DNA of 64,000 nt from a virus (lineage: Duplodnaviria; Caudoviricetes), in IMG/VR virus record IMGVR_UViG_3300002307_000055, positions 460-64,459 of that record. One strand, 5' to 3'. The notes under the pieces are model-generated. The model searched no databases, was not told the DNA's origin, and was given only the letters and a program-made list of their open reading frames with translations. The position numbers were made by a program, and so were the translations under genes. Below, piece after piece: positions 60,205-64,000 of this stretch. The stretch's first letter is position 1. Each line of letters begins with the position of its first letter.

Positions 60205-60986
60205 CTCAATACGAATTAAGCAAGCGTTTTTGGGATTGGGCTTTCGATAATCCCGAAAAGATTACCCCATATCATATATCAATCTATTTTTTTGCAATGG
60301 AACATCACAACCGATTGGGGCAAAAAGAAAAATTTGGATTCCCTAGTCAGATGGCTATGGATGCTATCGGTGTAAGCAGATATGAAACATATGCTAAATA
60401 TTTTAAAGATTTATGCTCTTGGGGGTTTTTTACCCTTATCCAAAAGTCACAAAATCAATACTCGGCTAACATAATATGCTTCAACTTCGCTCCACTATCA
60501 AATAGTAAAGCACTAGGTAAGGCAATAGTAAAGCAAACCGAAAAGCACCGCGAAAGCAAACCGAAAAGCGATGTGGTGAGCAATAGTAGTATAGATAATA
60601 TAAATAACTTAGAACTAATAACAGGTGTTGATGATGAATCAAAAGATTACGAACTTCACCCCAAAGCATTTAAGTACAAAAACCTTGATAGCTACATTAA
60701 AATACACTTTGGAGATATTGGGCATCCTGACACCCACAAGGAATCCCGAAATACTACCATGAAAGTTTACAGGCTAAAAGACGAAACTCAATTAAGGGAA
60801 CTAGCTACCGATTTTAACACATACCTGAAAGGGGCATCAAAGCAAAATGATTATCCTACCCTAGAATCTTGGCAAAGCCATTTTTTTAATTGGGTCAAAA
60901 CTCAGGACACATCTACTAAACCTGAACCTAACCGTAATATTAACAGGGCTATTGGGACAGCCGATAGAGAATTTGGAGGAGCATGA
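60201..60986 (+). CDS. replication initiator (lambda O/DnaD-like role)
   Basis: N-terminal wHTH typical of Bacteroidota prophage initiators; internal iterons; upstream of the helicase. Confidence 0.65.
   Translation: MTQYELSKRFWDWAFDNPEKITPYHISIYFFAMEHHNRLGQKEKFGFPSQMAMDAIGVSRYETYAKYFKDLCSWGFFTLIQKSQNQYSANIICFNFAPLSNSKALGKAIVKQTEKHRESKPKSDVVSNSSIDNINNLELITGVDDESKDYELHPKAFKYKNLDSYIKIHFGDIGHPDTHKESRNTTMKVYRLKDETQLRELATDFNTYLKGASKQNDYPTLESWQSHFFNWVKTQDTSTKPEPNRNINRAIGTADREFGGA
60501..60610 (+). repeat. iteron-like repeats plus AT-rich tract (candidate origin)
   Basis: AATAGTAAAGCA at 60501 and 60524; AAAGCAAACCGAAAAGC at 60530 and 60553 (23-nt period); AT-rich segment follows. Confidence 0.6.
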
Positions 60987-62854
60987 TAAGCATATTCAAA
61001 AATATAAGAGCTACTACCGACCCGCAAAATGTGGATGCTGGTATTGTATATAAATCTATACAAAAAGGACAATACAAACAGCAGGTAGAGGCTATACGTA
61101 AAGTCCCCGACAAAAAGACAAGGGCAGCACTAAAGGCTGAATTGGTATGCGTGTGTTTTTCGGGTACATTCTCCAAAAGAGAGGATGGGGCTATTTTGAG
61201 CCATTCAGGGCTTGCCGTACTAGATTTCGATGGATTGCCCGACCCTATCGCAAAACGGGCTGAAATGGCATCCTATGACTTCGTAGAGGCTGCTTTTGTC
61301 AGTCCTAGCGGTGACGGATTGAAAGTTGTGGTTAAAATCCCTTCCGACCCCGAAAAACATAAAGGCTATTATAGGGCTTTGGCTAAGAAATTTGAGGGGG
61401 TTGATGAAACGAGTATAAACCTAAGTAGGGTTTGTTATATCTCATACGACCCTGATATATACATAAATCTGTTAGCGGTAGACTTTACGGGCTATATCCC
61501 TGATGCTAAAGTAGTATCTGACAGGCAATACGCCGAAGTGGAAATTAAGGATGTACCAAAGGATTTTGACCGTATCGCTAGGGCTGTGAAAATGATACGT
61601 GAGGCATCGGATGGAGAAAAACACGCCAAGCTACGTGACGCATCGTATCTGCTAGGTGGATGTGTGGCTATCGGTAGCATATCGGAAATGGAGGCTATTT
61701 CAATCCTAGAGGCTGAAATAAGCAAAAGAAACATAGATAGCTTCCCTGCTGCACAGAAAACCATTAGAACGTGTCTGAGTGAAGGAAAGACAAAACCACT
61801 AGAGCCTAGCATCAAATACTCACAATCTGCCCCTAGCAATCCTGCTGTGTCTACTGGCATAAGACCAATAGATGATGTATGGGAGAACATGAAGGATTCA
61901 TTTAAGAATGGCAAAAAAAGAGGTTTAACTACTCACTTTACCAAGTTTGATGAAAATTTTAAATGGAAAGCAGGGGAGATAACACTGATTATTGCAAGAC
62001 CGAATAGTGGTAAAACTGAATTTGGCTTACAGTTGATGCTTATGAAATCGGTTTTTGATGGATGGAAGTGGGGAGTATTTAGCCCTGAGAACTACCCCGA
62101 AGATGAATTTTATGATTCACTGATACATACATACATCGGTAAAACAACCGACCCATTTTACGGTCAACATCAAATGTCAATAGAGGAATATGAGAAGGGC
62201 TATCAATTTGTACGTGAACACTTTTTTTATGTATATCCAGAATCGCATACAATCGAGGAGATAGATGCCAACTTCGACTACCTGATAAAAGAGAAAAGAA
62301 TAAACGGAACATTTATAGACCCTATGAATCAAATATCATACGATGAAGGGGCAAGGACTGACCAATTCCTGAGTAAGTTTCTAACGGTGCGTAAAAGAAG
62401 GGCTATCGAATACGGTGGACATGATGTAATAAGCACTCACCCGCGTACAATGTCTAGGAATAAAAGTGGGGAATATGATGTGCCTGACATGTATGAAATA
62501 GCTGGAGGTGCAATGTGGGGCAATAAGATGGATAATATTATGGTTATCCATAGACCCAAATTTCTGACTGACCCTATGGACACTACAGTAGAGGTTCATG
62601 TAAGGAAGATTAAAAAACAAAAGCTAGTAGGAATACCCGGCACTTGTGTATTTGATTTCAAACGTAGCACAAACCGCTATTATGTAGACGGCATTAGCCC
62701 GCTATCTGACGGTAAATTTATCACTGAGACTGCAAGGAACTTTGAGGACACCACTAGCAAGATACTTAAAATGCCTTTGCGTGTATCTGAATCAAAGCGA
62801 GAAAGGCAAGATGATTTGGATGATTTAGCCACACAACTAGAAATAATAAAATGA
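60983..62854 (+). CDS. primase (BT4734/VirE-N AEP type)-DnaB-like helicase fusion
   Basis: CVCFSGTF...HSGLAVLDFD, FVSPSGDGLKV; Walker A ARPNSGKT, Walker B FIDP. Confidence 0.85.
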   Translation: MISIFKNIRATTDPQNVDAGIVYKSIQKGQYKQQVEAIRKVPDKKTRAALKAELVCVCFSGTFSKREDGAILSHSGLAVLDFDGLPDPIAKRAEMASYDFVEAAFVSPSGDGLKVVVKIPSDPEKHKGYYRALAKKFEGVDETSINLSRVCYISYDPDIYINLLAVDFTGYIPDAKVVSDRQYAEVEIKDVPKDFDRIARAVKMIREASDGEKHAKLRDASYLLGGCVAIGSISEMEAISILEAEISKRNIDSFPAAQKTIRTCLSEGKTKPLEPSIKYSQSAPSNPAVSTGIRPIDDVWENMKDSFKNGKKRGLTTHFTKFDENFKWKAGEITLIIARPNSGKTEFGLQLMLMKSVFDGWKWGVFSPENYPEDEFYDSLIHTYIGKTTDPFYGQHQMSIEEYEKGYQFVREHFFYVYPESHTIEEIDANFDYLIKEKRINGTFIDPMNQISYDEGARTDQFLSKFLTVRKRRAIEYGGHDVISTHPRTMSRNKSGEYDVPDMYEIAGGAMWGNKMDNIMVIHRPKFLTDPMDTTVEVHVRKIKKQKLVGIPGTCVFDFKRSTNRYYVDGISPLSDGKFITETARNFEDTTSKILKMPLRVSESKRERQDDLDDLATQLEIIK

Positions 62855-63195
62855 CCTACGCTGAACAACTCAAAGACCCAAGATGGCAGAGGCTACGCCT
62901 AAAGATATTTGCAAGGGATAAATGGAAGTGCAGAGTATGTAAGTGTGGAGATAAAACACTAGCAGTACATCATCTATTTTACAATCCATCAGGCAAGGCA
63001 TGGGAGATTGATAAGAAGTGGCTGATAACCGTCTGTGAAGATTGCCATGAGAACTTAGAGAAAGAAAAAGGCAAGCCTTTGGAGCTTGCCGACCATGATT
63101 ATATCAGAATGTATAAACGGTACAATAAAGACCGTAATTCTATTCACAAATCCTCTCTATGGCTTCATTCACCTTTTCTAGTAAATCAGTATTGA
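62851..63195 (+). CDS. HNH endonuclease
   Basis: YAEQLKDPRWQR.RLKIFARDKWKCRVC...LAVHH...LITVCEDCH. Confidence 0.85.
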   Translation: MTYAEQLKDPRWQRLRLKIFARDKWKCRVCKCGDKTLAVHHLFYNPSGKAWEIDKKWLITVCEDCHENLEKEKGKPLELADHDYIRMYKRYNKDRNSIHKSSLWLHSPFLVNQY

Positions 63196-63439
63196 CAGTG
63201 TATAGGCTATTTGTACCCGATTTCTCGAATGATACGAATTTAGCTTTACGTAGCCTAGTTAGGTGCGTAGACGTTAGCGATTGCTCTATACCAATGGCCT
63301 CATAAATATCCTTAACCGAGCTTTTAGGATTGTTGGATATAAATTCTAAAATAGCTTTACGCTCATGCTGGCAGATAGTTCGTAAAATATGCTGCGCTTT
63401 GTTTATCTGCTGCGTGTTGATTAATGGTGTCTTTTTCAT
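63140..63439 (-). CDS. ArsR/SmtB-family HTH regulator
   Basis: ILRTICQHERKAILEFI...SVKDIYEAIGIEQSLTSTHLTRLRKAKFV. Confidence 0.8.
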   Translation of the reverse strand: MKKTPLINTQQINKAQHILRTICQHERKAILEFISNNPKSSVKDIYEAIGIEQSLTSTHLTRLRKAKFVSFEKSGTNSLYTVNTDLLEKVNEAIERICE

Positions 63440-63447
63440 GCTTGTTT

Positions 63448-64000
63448 TTAAAATGTTATAAGTGATTTAAATATTTCAAATCCGTATGCTCCTGATCTTT
63501 GCAGTATAGGAAATAGCTCACCCGCTGTTATCCCTTCGTATGCTTCGGTATGCTGTGCCATCCATGACTTAACTCCCATTTCGCAACTACCAGTTATCAG
63601 CCTATAATGCTGTATAGTTATCGGTGTATCCTTATTTATGGGTGCTTTTTTGAGTGTTTCGGATACTATCTTAAACTTTAAGTCTTGGATAGCTTTTTTA
63701 ACCGTATCACCGTGAGCAAAAAATCCATCCTTCTCAGCTACAAAACAGGGTTGTTTCTTTATCACGTTTTTAGTCATTGATTGAAAGTTATAGCCCGTAT
63801 ATAGCTTTATGCCTTTAGTGGTTTTTTCTGATTCAATGATAAATACCGAACCGTCAATGTTTTTATAGGTTAGTTTATGCTTGCCGATTTTTATTTTGCC
63901 ATATCCTTCAAGGTCGAGGCTGCCTGTGGTGACTATAGAGCTTGGCAGGGCGTGTGCATATCCTTCAAGGTCGAGGCTGCCTGTGGTGACTATAGAGCTT
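63448..64000 (-). CDS. LRR-like repeat protein, 5' end beyond the window
   Basis: Frame is open to 64000: SSIVTTGSLDLEGYAHALP repeats, then ...GFFAHGDTVKKAIQDLKFK...YRLITGSCEMG. Confidence 0.75.
   Translation of the reverse strand, partial: SSIVTTGSLDLEGYAHALPSSIVTTGSLDLEGYGKIKIGKHKLTYKNIDGSVFIIESEKTTKGIKLYTGYNFQSMTKNVIKKQPCFVAEKDGFFAHGDTVKKAIQDLKFKIVSETLKKAPINKDTPITIQHYRLITGSCEMGVKSWMAQHTEAYEGITAGELFPILQRSGAYGFEIFKSLITF
63900..64000. repeat. exact 44-nt direct repeat with 57-nt period (coding)
   Basis: 63900-63943 is identical to 63957-64000. Confidence 0.9.

Noticed and set aside
63900-64000. CRISPR array or DGR template/variable repeat
   Set aside because: The repeats are in-frame coding units with no unique spacers or adenine-specific differences; no cas or reverse transcriptase gene is in the window.

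Overview
This window is most or all of a Bacteroidota-infecting podovirus genome with a crAss-like virion module. That module comprises terminase, portal, scaffold, major capsid, ring/IHF-like proteins, tail hub and four large internal/ejected proteins. It is joined to a lambdoid-style replication module: an initiator with internal iterons plus a primase-helicase. No virion RNA polymerase, DNA polymerase, integrase or clear repressor is visible, and host-type TAnnTTTG promoters recur through the late region. Layout: leftward early genes (1-2.8 kb), small genes, a tRNA-Trp and structured-RNA candidates (3.4-10.4 kb), morphogenesis (10.4-48.3 kb), lysis (48.3-52.3 kb), replication/accessory genes (52.4-63.2 kb), and leftward genes cut by the window end. 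The most striking observation is four consecutive fibre-like genes (43039-48300) that all carry Bacteroidota Sec signal peptides with Gln at +1 and are enriched in the host periplasmic O-glycosylation sequon. This suggests virion appendages are exported, modified by the host and attached at or after lysis. Other notable features: a PurD-like ATP-grasp ligase cassette with two short peptides sharing an EECEIE motif inside the ejected-protein block; two genes with an in-frame TAG-GCA (one at a Trp position of a paralog) alongside an atypical tRNA-Trp; a ~310-nt multi-stem RNA candidate; an AP2-domain relic; and a homing endonuclease that duplicated the start of a methylase. All functional calls are motif recognition by eye; no searches were run.
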